Assembly (NCBI GenBank): GCA_031416315.1
Contig: JANOTL010000203.1
Location: 1-48,436 of the forward strand
Direction of reading: 5' to 3'
DNA from: Pseudomonadota bacterium
Lineage (GTDB): Bacteria; Bdellovibrionota_B; Oligoflexia; Oligoflexales; CAIYRB01
Length of the DNA stretch: 48,436 nucleotides
Shown: piece by piece, positions 31,872 through 41,074 of the stretch
How the letters are laid out: each line of letters begins with the position of its first letter
Position numbering within the stretch: position 1 is the first letter of the stretch
Program-made: the position numbers and the translations under genes
Notes under the pieces: model-generated
Told to the model about the DNA's origin: nothing
What the model saw: only the letters and a program-made list of their open reading frames with translations
The model's database searches: none

Positions 31872-32891
31872 ATGAAGATCACGACACTCCTCATCCTCGG
31901 TCTCGTCGTGACGTCCTGCGGCGAAGGCGGCGGCGACGACACCGCGAGCGTCAAGACCAATCTCGGCGCCTCCGGGAACACCAAGGTCAAGGACGAATTC
32001 ACCGGCTACGTCACCAAGTCGGAAGGCGCGGGCTGCGGCGTTCCGAACGCGGAATCAACCGACAAGCGCGTCATCGTCACCGGCTTCGGCTTGTTCTCGG
32101 GCGCCGACTACAACATCTCGGGCAAGGTCGTCGAGTCGATGGCGACCGGCTTCTGGTCGGCCGACGTCACCGGCACCACCTCCGCCGCCCCGGCCGAGGC
32201 TTCGATCGAGCCATCGGACGGCGGCATCGCCGCCAGCGAGGCCGGCGGCCAGACGCGCCGCCGGAAGATCCGCGTCGACGGCAAGACCTACGACGTGTGC
32301 TTCATCGTCCTCGACGTGAAATGGGACCTAGCCTCCGCGATCATCGTCCACGAGATGGACCGCTTCAAGCCGGCGATGGTCCTGATGAGCGGCCGAGGCG
32401 GCGAGGAAAGCACGCTGGTTTTCGAGGGCGGTGCACTGAACAGCGCCTCCACGTACAACGGCTTCGCCAGCGGTGGCGAAGCGCTCGGCACCGCGAACGC
32501 GCCGGTCGCCGCCGGCGAGCGCATTCTCCCGGATAAGCTTCCGGCCAACGGCAAGCCTGACCACGTCGCCATGACGTGGGACAACGCCACGCTCGCGACC
32601 GTCGCCGAGAAGGCCGTCAAGAGCGTCGGCTACACCGTCGAACGCGAGCCCGCCGGCCGCCTCGACAACAATTACATCTGCAACAACGTCAGCTACGTGG
32701 TGCTTTACGGCGCTCGCGGCGACGAGCTCCGTCTCGCGGGCGGCAACCTGGTCCTGAAGCTCGCGACGCCCGCGCCGGCGACGAAGATCGGCTTCCTGCA
32801 CCTTCCCTACGACTACGGCTCGAACACGACCGCGAAGGTCACCGCGCTGGCGACCGTTTACGCCGCGGCGATTCGGGCGCAACTCGACTGA
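31872..32891 (+). CDS. Lipoprotein, pyroglutamyl-peptidase I (C15) family
   Basis: Signal ending VTS-C; VIVTGFGLF..N.S; FE...N (Glu), YICN (Cys), GFLHLP (His). Confidence 0.82.
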   Translation: MKITTLLILGLVVTSCGEGGGDDTASVKTNLGASGNTKVKDEFTGYVTKSEGAGCGVPNAESTDKRVIVTGFGLFSGADYNISGKVVESMATGFWSADVTGTTSAAPAEASIEPSDGGIAASEAGGQTRRRKIRVDGKTYDVCFIVLDVKWDLASAIIVHEMDRFKPAMVLMSGRGGEESTLVFEGGALNSASTYNGFASGGEALGTANAPVAAGERILPDKLPANGKPDHVAMTWDNATLATVAEKAVKSVGYTVEREPAGRLDNNYICNNVSYVVLYGARGDELRLAGGNLVLKLATPAPATKIGFLHLPYDYGSNTTAKVTALATVYAAAIRAQLD

Positions 32892-33834
32892 TCGCGCCGC
32901 GCCTTTTGGGCTCTTTCAGGTCCCCGTGCTCGATCGCATCCTGGAAAGCGCTCCAGGCCAGATCGAGCCGGCCCGTGGCGCTCAGGCTGAGCACGCTGGC
33001 AGTCAAGGCCGCGGCGAAGAGCTCTTGCCGCTCCGGCGTCGTGTAGGGGTCGATTCCGAACGCCGAGATGGAGAACATGCTCGGATGCTGCGCATCGTCG
33101 TGCGTCGCCCCGGTCACCGAGATCTCGGCGACTTCGCCGCTCAAATGCCGGTAGAAAAAGGGGCGCTTGCGCGAGCGGAAGATCTCTTTGTCGGCGCCCA
33201 CGATCATGACCGGCTGCTTCACCGCGCGCATCGCCTTCATCACCTCCGGCGCGTACACGGCAGGATCGAGCAAGACCAGGCCGCGCACGGGCGCGCCGCT
33301 CGCCGCCGCCACCGTAATCGCCGAGGCGCCGAACGAGTGCCCCGCGAGGACGATGTTGTCCAAGTCGGCGCGGGGATGGACGAGCTTAGGCCGCGCCACG
33401 ATGGCATCGACGAGCTGCTTGATCGTGCGCCCGTTCTCGATCCAACGGTCCCGGATCGGGACCTGGGCGACGACGACGTAGAGGCCGAAAGAGGCGAGGC
33501 GCAGCGCCTGAAAACGGTGGGCCTCCTTCTGACTGAAGTTGCCGTGCACGATCATCGCGACCGGCGCCTCGAGATCGTTCGTCGGCCCGAGAACGTCGAC
33601 GAGCACCCGCTCTCCGCTCCTCAGCGTGACGGCGACGTTCTCTTTAATGCGCGTCGCGAAAGGGCCGAGCTTCTCGAACGCGGAGAGGTGCGCGCCGTCG
33701 CGCTCGAGGTGGCGCACCAGCTCGGGGAAGCTCACGGGATAGTCTTCGTACTCGTGCGGCCTTCCGGGCGAAGCGCAGGCCAGCGCCAGCAAAGCCAGCG
33801 CGAGCATCGCGATTGTCGCCGCCGAAAAGCGCAT
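32839..33834 (-). CDS. Lipoprotein alpha/beta hydrolase (chlorophyllase/cutinase-like)
   Basis: Signal ending ALA-C; HG oxyanion, LASFG, GHSFG nucleophile elbow, LLDP, GATH. Confidence 0.85.
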   Translation of the reverse strand: MRFSAATIAMLALALLALACASPGRPHEYEDYPVSFPELVRHLERDGAHLSAFEKLGPFATRIKENVAVTLRSGERVLVDVLGPTNDLEAPVAMIVHGNFSQKEAHRFQALRLASFGLYVVVAQVPIRDRWIENGRTIKQLVDAIVARPKLVHPRADLDNIVLAGHSFGASAITVAAASGAPVRGLVLLDPAVYAPEVMKAMRAVKQPVMIVGADKEIFRSRKRPFFYRHLSGEVAEISVTGATHDDAQHPSMFSISAFGIDPYTTPERQELFAAALTASVLSLSATGRLDLAWSAFQDAIEHGDLKEPKRRGAISRVAPESPRRKRSPAR

Positions 33835-33835
33835 G

Positions 33836-34153
33836 TCACCCGTTGCGTTGAATCTGATGTTTCTCGTATTTCCGTGGGTTCGACTGCCAAGGCCGGTATT
33901 CCCATTCCTCCGCCACGGGCACGAAGAGGAATAAGACGCCCGCGACCAGGATCGGCAGCGCCGTGACGGGCCAAGGCGCCTTCGTCGCGATGCCGGTGGC
34001 GACGAATGAGAAGAGGAGGATGTAAAAGCCACCCAGCGCGACGGCGAGGAAGCGCCGGCGACCGGTGTAGCTGCGGAGCTTCGTGTATGTGTCCTCGGGC
34101 TTGACTCGGGCCGCCTTCGCGCTCTTCACCACTTCGGTCGGGGCTAGGCTCAT
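33836..34153 (-). CDS. Small two-TM membrane protein
   Basis: Two hydrophobic helices then PVAEEWEYRPWQ; ATGA coupling to the upstream gene. Confidence 0.8.
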   Translation of the reverse strand: MSLAPTEVVKSAKAARVKPEDTYTKLRSYTGRRRFLAVALGGFYILLFSFVATGIATKAPWPVTALPILVAGVLFLFVPVAEEWEYRPWQSNPRKYEKHQIQRNG

Positions 34154-34500
34154 TGCGTTTCTCCGGGCGAAAGCTTCGGGCGCTTTTCGAGGCCGTAGCG
34201 GTAAGCGGCGACGGCGGCCATGGCAGCCGTCACGGCGCTCGAATGCAGGGGGTCGACGCCGCGACCCATCTCGGCCGAGGCGCCGAAGATCAAGGCGGCG
34301 CCGGCGAAGGCCATGAAGACCGCGTAGGTCGCGCGCGCGATGCCGTCACGCCGATCGATGCCCGTCAAAGGGATCGCGAGCATCAAGAGCCAGATCGCGG
34401 TGCCCGCGACGAGGCCCCACTCGCTCGGCGACAGCGAGATGAAGGCTTCGAAGGTCTCTTCGATGCCGGGTAAGGCGAGTAGGGTCCAAGGCGCTTCCAT
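34150..34500 (-). CDS. Small membrane protein (about 3 TM)
   Basis: Hydrophobic segments; stop overlaps the next start; carries the GGAG RBS for the next gene. Confidence 0.72.
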   Translation of the reverse strand: MEAPWTLLALPGIEETFEAFISLSPSEWGLVAGTAIWLLMLAIPLTGIDRRDGIARATYAVFMAFAGAALIFGASAEMGRGVDPLHSSAVTAAMAAVAAYRYGLEKRPKLSPGETQ

Positions 34501-34508
34501 CGAGGACT

Positions 34509-34536
34509 GGATCGGCGCGGCGGGTCGAGAGGTTAA
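34509..34536 (-). promoter_or_regulatory. sigma28-like promoter
   Basis: TTAAC-N15-GCCGATCC, 8 nt before ATG 34500. Confidence 0.5.
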
Positions 34537-34582
34537 CGGGCAGGAATTGCCCGGGGTAGCGCGTGTCCCTAGCGGTCCGCCG

Positions 34583-35188
34583 TCAAAGCAGGAGCCTAAC
34601 GCCGGCGAGCGCCTGAGCGCGGAAGTCGAGCTTGTCGTTTTCCCGATCGATCTCGCCGTAGACCAGGGTCACGCCGCCGAAGAAGGCGAGGGGGTCCCGG
34701 AGCATCACGTACTGGATGCCTAGCGGCAAGCGCAGGGCGACGCCGTTGGCGAGGTTGATGCCGAATCCGAAGTAGGGCATCACCTCGCCGCGGATCTGGT
34801 TGTAGCCGCCTTCGGGGACGGCTGTGACGTGGAAGCTCCCGTCTAGGAAGAGCAGGTAGTCGCCGTAGATCGAGACGGCCCCGCCGCCGACGCCGAGCCC
34901 GAACACCAGGGCGCCGTCTTTGAAGCCGACCACTTGCGCCGAGGCGCCGCTGCCGCCCGCAGTTCCGAGCTGGACGCCGGCGCTCCAGTCGGGAGCCTTG
35001 TCCACCAGGCCTTTCGTCGAGCCGTGCGTCGTCTCGATCCTGGGCGGAGGGGGCGGGGGCGTCGCCGGCGCGGGCGTCTGCGACCGAGCCGCCGAGGCCG
35101 AGAGAAATACGGAGAATGCAAGGGCTGCGCGCAAGAGTGAGGCTCCTCCGGAAACCGCGATCTTAGGGGGATTCGGGCGTTGATTCAA
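34583..35188 (-). CDS. Outer-membrane beta-barrel protein with Pro-rich N-terminus (start uncertain)
   Basis: Signal-like segment, poly-Pro linker, GVQLG...IYGDYL...PYFGFG...LRLPLGI...AGVRLLL. Confidence 0.75.
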   Translation of the reverse strand: MNQRPNPPKIAVSGGASLLRAALAFSVFLSASAARSQTPAPATPPPPPPRIETTHGSTKGLVDKAPDWSAGVQLGTAGGSGASAQVVGFKDGALVFGLGVGGGAVSIYGDYLLFLDGSFHVTAVPEGGYNQIRGEVMPYFGFGINLANGVALRLPLGIQYVMLRDPLAFFGGVTLVYGEIDRENDKLDFRAQALAGVRLLL

Positions 35189-35254
35189 GGCGCTCGCGCT
35201 CTATATGATGTTGGGACCAGACCTAGCCAATCCCCCCGAAGAGATCCACATCCG

Positions 35255-36265
35255 ATGGGACCTGCCGCGCACCGGTTCGTGCTTTTCGCTGGACTCGCCG
35301 CCTTGCTCGCCGGCGCCGCGAAGTCCTCGGTAAGTCAGATCAAGTTCGACGAGATGATCTACGACTTCGGCGAGGTTTACCGCGGCGCGGAGCTCACGCA
35401 CCGCTTCCGCTTCGTCAATTTGGGCAGCGGCGCCTTGACCGTGCAGGGCGTGCACGCGGCCTGCGGCTGCACCGCCGTCGAGGTCGACAAAGGCAAGATG
35501 TACGGCGCCGGCGAGAGCGGCTTCGTCGACGTGAAGCTCGATACCGAAGATTTCTCCGGCAGCATGCTGAAAACGGTCACCGTCATCACCAACGAGCAAG
35601 TTCTCCCCGAGCGCACGCTGACCCTCAAGGCCTTCGTCAAATCCGAGCTGGAGGCGAGCCCGCCCCTGGCCGACTTCGGCGACACCCCGACACGCGGCGG
35701 CGCCGTCGTCGACGTGAGCTTGAAAACGCTCAACTCATTCAAGCTCGAGGTCGGCGAGTTGGTCTTCGACGAGCGCGCGCTCGAAGTCACCAAGCAGTTG
35801 ACGGAGGGCGGCGCCGTCCTCAAGATCAAGCTGAAAGAGGGCCTAAAGCCGGGGTTTCTCAAAGAGACGATCCTGGTGAAGACCAACGCCAAGCACCTTC
35901 CGGAGCTCAAGATCCCGGTGCGCGCGACGGTCCGGGGCGCGATCGAGGCGGCCCCTGGCTACGTCGAGTTCGGCGCGATCAGCCCAGCGGAGCAGGCCAA
36001 GCGCAACATCACGCTCACCGGCGCGCGGGGCTTCGAGGTCACCGGCTCGCGCATCGAGCTCCTCGTCAACGGCCGCAAGATCGAAGGCGAAGGCGGCGTC
36101 GTCGGCGTGAAATTGCCGCCGCCGGGCGGCACCACGAAGCAACTCGTGCTCGAGGTTAAAAACCCTTCGCGATATCCTGGCGCGATGCACGGCAAGGTCT
36201 TCCTGCAGACGACCGATCCCGAGCAGCAGGAAGTCTCCGTCGACATCTACGCCTTCTTCCGGTGA
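35255..36265 (+). CDS. DUF1573-domain Ig-like exported protein
   Basis: YDFGEV...HRFRFVN.G...L.V..V.AACGCT; repeated DFG/EFG Ig-like modules. Confidence 0.9.
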   Translation: MGPAAHRFVLFAGLAALLAGAAKSSVSQIKFDEMIYDFGEVYRGAELTHRFRFVNLGSGALTVQGVHAACGCTAVEVDKGKMYGAGESGFVDVKLDTEDFSGSMLKTVTVITNEQVLPERTLTLKAFVKSELEASPPLADFGDTPTRGGAVVDVSLKTLNSFKLEVGELVFDERALEVTKQLTEGGAVLKIKLKEGLKPGFLKETILVKTNAKHLPELKIPVRATVRGAIEAAPGYVEFGAISPAEQAKRNITLTGARGFEVTGSRIELLVNGRKIEGEGGVVGVKLPPPGGTTKQLVLEVKNPSRYPGAMHGKVFLQTTDPEQQEVSVDIYAFFR

Positions 36266-36278
36266 GGACCCATACTCC

Positions 36279-36398
36279 GTGACGATCTATCTCACGCTCT
36301 ATCTCGTCTTCGGTCTCTTGTTCGTCGCCGGATCCGTCATGTACTGGGTCGTCACCACGCCCCTCAAAGATCCGTCCAAGCTCTATGAGAAGCCATGA
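36279..36398 (+). CDS. 39-aa single-pass membrane protein (not in ORF track)
   Basis: GAGGA RBS, GTG start, MTIYLTLYLVFGLLFVAGSVMYWVVTTPLKDPSKLYEKP; ATGA overlap with the next gene. Confidence 0.7.
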   Translation: MTIYLTLYLVFGLLFVAGSVMYWVVTTPLKDPSKLYEKP

Positions 36399-36952
36399 CC
36401 GCGATCCTCGCCTTCGCCGGCAGCGCCCGTCCCGCCTCGCCCAATCGAGCCTTGCTCGAGGTCGCGGCAAGCGGGGCGCGCGAGCAAGGCGCGGTGGTGA
36501 AGGTCGTGGATCTGGCTAATTTCCAGCTGCCGATTTTTGATGCGGACGGCGTCGGTCGCTTCGATCCGTCCGCGGCCACCGAACCTTCGACACCGTTTCC
36601 GCCGGCCGCGACCGAGCTCGCCGCGCTCGTCTCGGCCGCCGAGGGCCTCCTCCTCGCTTCGCCGGAGGTGAACGGCGGCGCCGCGCCCCTCCTTCTCAAC
36701 GCCTTGGGCTGGCTCGGCGCTACGGCTGCGCTCAAGGGCAAGGTCTGCGGCATCGTCTCGTCCTCCCCCGCCGCGGGCGGCGGCGTGCGCGGCCTCGGCG
36801 CCTTGAGCAGCACGCTCGCCGCGCTCGGCGCCGTCGTCGTACCCATGCCGGTCGCCGTGTTGAACGGCGTCATGGACGCGCGCCTCGAAGCCAGAGTCAA
36901 AGACGTGGGCCGAACTCTGGCCGCGTTCATCGATCGGAGGGTCCCCCAGTGA
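36395..36952 (+). CDS. NAD(P)H-dependent FMN reductase-like flavoprotein (divergent)
   Basis: FAGSARPASPN, LPIFDAD, ASPEVNGG (canonical PEYN), LKGKV, GGVRG. Confidence 0.8.
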   Translation: MTAILAFAGSARPASPNRALLEVAASGAREQGAVVKVVDLANFQLPIFDADGVGRFDPSAATEPSTPFPPAATELAALVSAAEGLLLASPEVNGGAAPLLLNALGWLGATAALKGKVCGIVSSSPAAGGGVRGLGALSSTLAALGAVVVPMPVAVLNGVMDARLEARVKDVGRTLAAFIDRRVPQ

Positions 36953-38469
36953 TCTCGCGCCCCAGATTCCTGCTCGCGCTCGCCTTCGTCTTCGTCGCTT
37001 GCAAGACGCCGGGCAATAGCACCACGCTCTCCGGCGCGAGGGCCGACCTTCGCGCCAATGCCGTCGCGTTCACCGTCCTCCAGATCAACGACGTTTACGA
37101 GATCAACGCGGTCGAGAGCGGTCGCCGCGGCGGCCTAGCTCGCGTCGCGACCCTGAAAAAGCGCCTCCTGGCGGAGAATCCGAACCTGATCACCGTCCTT
37201 CCCGGCGACTTCCTCTCGCCCTCGGCGATGGGCGCGACCAAGGTCGGCGGTCAACCCGTCGCCGGCCAGCAGATGATCGCCGTCCTCAACGCCTTGGGCC
37301 TCGACTACGCCGCTTTCGGCAATCACGAGTTCGACGTCACCGAGCCGCAGCTCCTCGCGCGTATCGCGGAGTCGAAGTTCAAGTGGCTCGGCGCCAACGT
37401 TACCGACGCCTCGGGCAAGCTCTTTCCGACGACGACCGAGGACGTGATCGTTTCGGTGAAGAACGCCAACGGCGACGAGATCAAGGTCGCGCTCTTCGGC
37501 GTCTGCACCGACATGGCGAAGAAGCCCTTCGTGAAGTATCGCCCGGCCTTGGCCGTCGCGCAGGAGGAGGCCGACAAGCTCGGACCCCAGGCCGAGGTGG
37601 TGATCGCGCTAACGCACCTCTCGATCGCCGAGGACAAGCAGATCGCGGCGAGCGTTCCTCGCATCGACGTCTTGCTCGGCGGGCACGAGCACGAGAACGC
37701 GGCCGTGGTCGCCGGCGACGACAACACCCCCATTTTCAAGGCGGACGCGAACGCGCGCACGGCCTACGTCCACCGCTTCGACTTCGACCTCACGACCCGT
37801 CAGCTGAAGATCGAGAGCTCGCTCGTCGAGATCGACGAGTCGATTGTCGCCGACCCCGAAGTCGCCGCCGTCGCCGACGAATGGACGAAAAAGGTGTTCA
37901 CCGCGCTGAAATCGTCGGGCACCGATCCGGAGGAGGTCGTCGGCAAGGCGACCGAGATGCTCGAAGGCTTCGAGGCGCTCGTGCGCAATCGTCCGACCAA
38001 CCTGACGAAGCTTCTCGTCGAGGCGTTCCAGGAGTCCGAGCCCGAGGCCGATCTCGTCGTCTTCGGCTCCGGCTCGATCCGCATCGACGACCGTTTGGCG
38101 CCCGGTCCGATCACGGCGTTCGACATCGTCCGGATCTTCCCGTTCGGCGGCAAGATGATCCTGGTCGAGATACCGGGCGAGGCCCTGCGGAAGGCGCTCG
38201 AGCAAGGCCTGGCGAACAAGGGCTCCGGCGGCTTCTTGCTCTACAACAAGGCGACGCGCGACGACGCCACGCAGAAGTGGCAGATCGGAGGCCAGCCGCT
38301 CGACGTCGCGCGCGCCTACAAGGTGCTCTTCAACGACTTCTTGCTGACGGGCCTGGAGAAAGGCCTGCCCTTCCTCGCGATCGACAAGGAAGAGAACAAG
38401 ATCAAGAAGATCCGTGACTCGAAGGAAGTGCGCGTCGCCGTGGTCGACGCGCTGAAGAAAACGCTCTGA
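36949..38469 (+). CDS. Bifunctional metallophosphatase / 5'-nucleotidase lipoprotein
   Basis: Signal ending FVA-C; INDVYE, GDFLSPS, GNHEFD, LTH, GGHEH; C-terminal SGSIRID, FPFG. Confidence 0.95.
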   Translation: MISRPRFLLALAFVFVACKTPGNSTTLSGARADLRANAVAFTVLQINDVYEINAVESGRRGGLARVATLKKRLLAENPNLITVLPGDFLSPSAMGATKVGGQPVAGQQMIAVLNALGLDYAAFGNHEFDVTEPQLLARIAESKFKWLGANVTDASGKLFPTTTEDVIVSVKNANGDEIKVALFGVCTDMAKKPFVKYRPALAVAQEEADKLGPQAEVVIALTHLSIAEDKQIAASVPRIDVLLGGHEHENAAVVAGDDNTPIFKADANARTAYVHRFDFDLTTRQLKIESSLVEIDESIVADPEVAAVADEWTKKVFTALKSSGTDPEEVVGKATEMLEGFEALVRNRPTNLTKLLVEAFQESEPEADLVVFGSGSIRIDDRLAPGPITAFDIVRIFPFGGKMILVEIPGEALRKALEQGLANKGSGGFLLYNKATRDDATQKWQIGGQPLDVARAYKVLFNDFLLTGLEKGLPFLAIDKEENKIKKIRDSKEVRVAVVDALKKTL

Positions 38470-38502
38470 TACGGGCGGCTGGCGGCCGCCGACCCCTATG
38501 AC

Positions 38503-40323
38503 TCAGCGGCAGCTGGCTCCGGCGAGCAGGCCCTTCAGTCCCAGATCCGACGCCGTGCAAACGTCCGTCGCTCCCGCTCCGGCCCCGTTGCATTTCCACT
38601 GCGTCTTCGCCATCGGGCCGTAGTACGGCGTCAGCGCCTTGCCGTCCTTCCAGACGACGCAGTACGTGCCGGACGAGTCCCAGCTGCACTGACATTTTTT
38701 CGCGGTCGAGACGCCGTTACCTGAGCCGGCGGCGCCGCCGCTCGCGGCCGAGCCGCCCGTTGCGGACGCCTTGGCGCAGCGCGCCTGGAATTCCGCGGCG
38801 CGTTCCATGTTGAAGTATTGGTCCGCGAAAAGCCCGGCCGAGAGGCGCTCGAGGTTTCCGCCCGTGCCGCACTCGCAGGTCTGGCCGCCGGACGAGCCGG
38901 AATCGTCGACCACTTTGCCCTTGCCGCCGGTGCAGCGCTCGCGGAACGCCTGCTTGATCGTGTCGGTGACCTTGTCGAAGGGGTTCTTCTTCACCAGCTC
39001 GCGGCACGCCTCGACGCCGGAGTCTTTCAGCACCGTGTCGGACCAGTCGTTCGCATTGCCGCAGGCGCACATCGACTGGGACCCGACCTTGCGCATCCGG
39101 CCGCCGGCGCCTTCGCAGTCCTTCTTGAAGTCACCGGTCGCCTGAGCGCCGGCTGTGCCGCCGCCCGTCGCTTCGAACGGAAACTGCTTCAGCATGTCGC
39201 GACAGCCGTTGCCGGCTTTCAGGTCGAAGACGGATTCACTCACGGTGTTCGAGGTGCCGCATTTGCACATCGACCCGTCCGTGCGGCCGCCGACGAACTT
39301 ACATTTGTCCTCGAACTTAAACGGCGCGCGCGCCGAGCTGCGCTTGCACGACGCGCCAGAATCGCCTTCCATCGTCGACTGCGATTGCGAGAGCCCGCTG
39401 TTGCCACACACGCACATGGAGCCGTCGAGCACGCCGCCGGCGTCGACGCAGAGCTTCACGAGCGCTTCGCTCGGCCCCTGCGCCGTCGCGCCGTTGTTGT
39501 CGAAGCAGGTCTTGAGGGCGGCGCGCGCCGTGTCCAGCTCCTTCTGGACCGCCGCTTCGTCGCGAGCCAGGCTCGCGCCGTTGGTCAGGCCGAGGCCGCC
39601 GTCGTTCTGCTCGGTCGGCGCTTCGGTGAGGCTGAGTAGCTCGACCTTGCTGTCTGGGTTGGCGTCGGCCTTGTCGCCGCTCGCGGCCGCCACGTCGCAG
39701 GCCTTACCGTCGGCGATCTCGGTGCCGGTCAGAGCGCGGTGCCCCGCCATGCAGTGGCACTTGCGCGAGCCGCCGTTGGTCGCCGTGTAGCCGCCGATAT
39801 TGTTGCATTGCTCTTCCGTCCAGTTGGCCTCCGCCTCCGTCGCTGCCGTCTTGCAGCTTTGCCCGCTGGCGATCTGCGCTTCCGTCAGCTTGCGGTGGCC
39901 TTCCCAGCAGAGGCAGTTGCGCGTGCTGCCGGAGGTCGCGGTGTAGCCATCGACCTTGTTGCACATCTCCTCAGTCCACTCGCCGGCGTTGGCGGCGATG
40001 AACGTCTTGCACTCCTTGCCGCTGACGATCTGCTCCGGGGTCATCTTCTGATGGCCGACGCTGCAGTGGCAGTTGCGGACGCTGCCGTTGGTCGAGGTGT
40101 AGCCTTTGATCTTGGTGCACTGGTCCTCTGTCCAACTCTCCTGCGTCTTCGTGCTCTGCACGGCCTTCAGCTCGGCCTCGAGATCAGAGATCTTGCGCGA
40201 CTCGGTCGGGCATTTTGCGAGCTCGGTCGCGTCGGCGCGCAGGGCGGCGCTGTCGTTCCGTTGCTTGCACGCTTGGATCGTGAGACTGCTCGAGACGAGC
40301 GCGAGGAGGATGAGGAAACGCAT
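38503..40323 (-). CDS. Cys-rich repeat lipoprotein (606 aa)
   Basis: GGAGAG RBS; signal MRFLILLALVSSSLTIQA-C; seven 4-Cys modules plus a 6-Cys C-terminal domain. Confidence 0.9.
   Translation of the reverse strand: MRFLILLALVSSSLTIQACKQRNDSAALRADATELAKCPTESRKISDLEAELKAVQSTKTQESWTEDQCTKIKGYTSTNGSVRNCHCSVGHQKMTPEQIVSGKECKTFIAANAGEWTEEMCNKVDGYTATSGSTRNCLCWEGHRKLTEAQIASGQSCKTAATEAEANWTEEQCNNIGGYTATNGGSRKCHCMAGHRALTGTEIADGKACDVAAASGDKADANPDSKVELLSLTEAPTEQNDGGLGLTNGASLARDEAAVQKELDTARAALKTCFDNNGATAQGPSEALVKLCVDAGGVLDGSMCVCGNSGLSQSQSTMEGDSGASCKRSSARAPFKFEDKCKFVGGRTDGSMCKCGTSNTVSESVFDLKAGNGCRDMLKQFPFEATGGGTAGAQATGDFKKDCEGAGGRMRKVGSQSMCACGNANDWSDTVLKDSGVEACRELVKKNPFDKVTDTIKQAFRERCTGGKGKVVDDSGSSGGQTCECGTGGNLERLSAGLFADQYFNMERAAEFQARCAKASATGGSAASGGAAGSGNGVSTAKKCQCSWDSSGTYCVVWKDGKALTPYYGPMAKTQWKCNGAGAGATDVCTASDLGLKGLLAGASCR
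39690..40134 (-). repeat. Three tandem 156-bp (52-aa) coding repeats
   Basis: WTE..C....GYT.T.G..R.C.C..GH...T...I..G..C; Trp codons end at 40134, 39978 and 39822. Confidence 0.92.
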
Positions 40324-40361
40324 GGGGCTCTCCGTGGACGAAGAAGATCGCGGATGCTTTC

Positions 40362-40388
40362 TCTTCGGCGGATGCGGCCAGGGGTTTA
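40362..40388 (-). promoter_or_regulatory. sigma28-like promoter
   Basis: TAAAC-N14-GCCGAAGA, 38 nt before ATG 40323. Confidence 0.55.
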
Positions 40389-40465
40389 GCGCGTGGGGGG
40401 TGGGTGATTTTTGCCTAGGTCGGATTTGTAAAAAAACCTCAAACCAGCCCGACCCGACCCGCACA

Positions 40466-41074
40466 TCACCCCGGCTCTTCGCCTTCCGACGCCTCTTCGT
40501 AAAGCTCGTCCAACAGCTCCCGCTCGGCAACCGCGAGATAGGGATCCGTAATCCAGGTCTGGAGAATGTAACGCGTCGACGCGGCCGTCGGCACCACGTG
40601 CGGGTGCGTGTAGCCGACGGGGAACATCACGGCGCGCCCCTCTTTCGGCTGGATCTTCACGTCCTGCAGCGGAAAGGTGGTCTCGCCGCCGACCGGCACG
40701 TCGTTCAGATAAAACAAGAGGGTCGCGAGGCGCAGCCCGTTGTTCGGGTAGACCGAGCACTGGCCGTCGACGTGCATGATGCAAGCGTCGCCGACGTCGT
40801 AACGCGCGAGCACGTAGCCGTCGTCGCTCCACTCGTTGTGGGTCGCCGCCGCCAGCTCCGGCGGGCGGGTGAAGTAGTCCGCCACCAGGTCGTTGGCGCG
40901 CTGCATCACGCGCCCCGTGATCGTGAGCCAGTCGGCGCACTGCGAGACGTTTAGGTACTTGCGCGTGCTGTAGTCGGGCTGTGGATCCGCTTCGACGCGC
41001 GCATCCGCCTCGAAGCGCGCTATGAGCGCCCGGCAAAGCTCGGGCGGTAGGCCGTCTTCATAGATCTTGATCAT
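40466..41074 (-). CDS. 2OG-Fe(II) oxygenase (prolyl-4-hydroxylase-like)
   Basis: RY...HVD, R.ATLLFYLND...GGET.F, P.EGRAVMFP...THPH...RYILQTW. Confidence 0.92.
   Translation of the reverse strand: MIKIYEDGLPPELCRALIARFEADARVEADPQPDYSTRKYLNVSQCADWLTITGRVMQRANDLVADYFTRPPELAAATHNEWSDDGYVLARYDVGDACIMHVDGQCSVYPNNGLRLATLLFYLNDVPVGGETTFPLQDVKIQPKEGRAVMFPVGYTHPHVVPTAASTRYILQTWITDPYLAVAERELLDELYEEASEGEEPG

Noticed and set aside
39690..40134. CRISPR-like periodic repeats
   Set aside because: The 156-bp degenerate repeats are in-frame protein modules; there are no identical short repeats with spacers and no cas genes.
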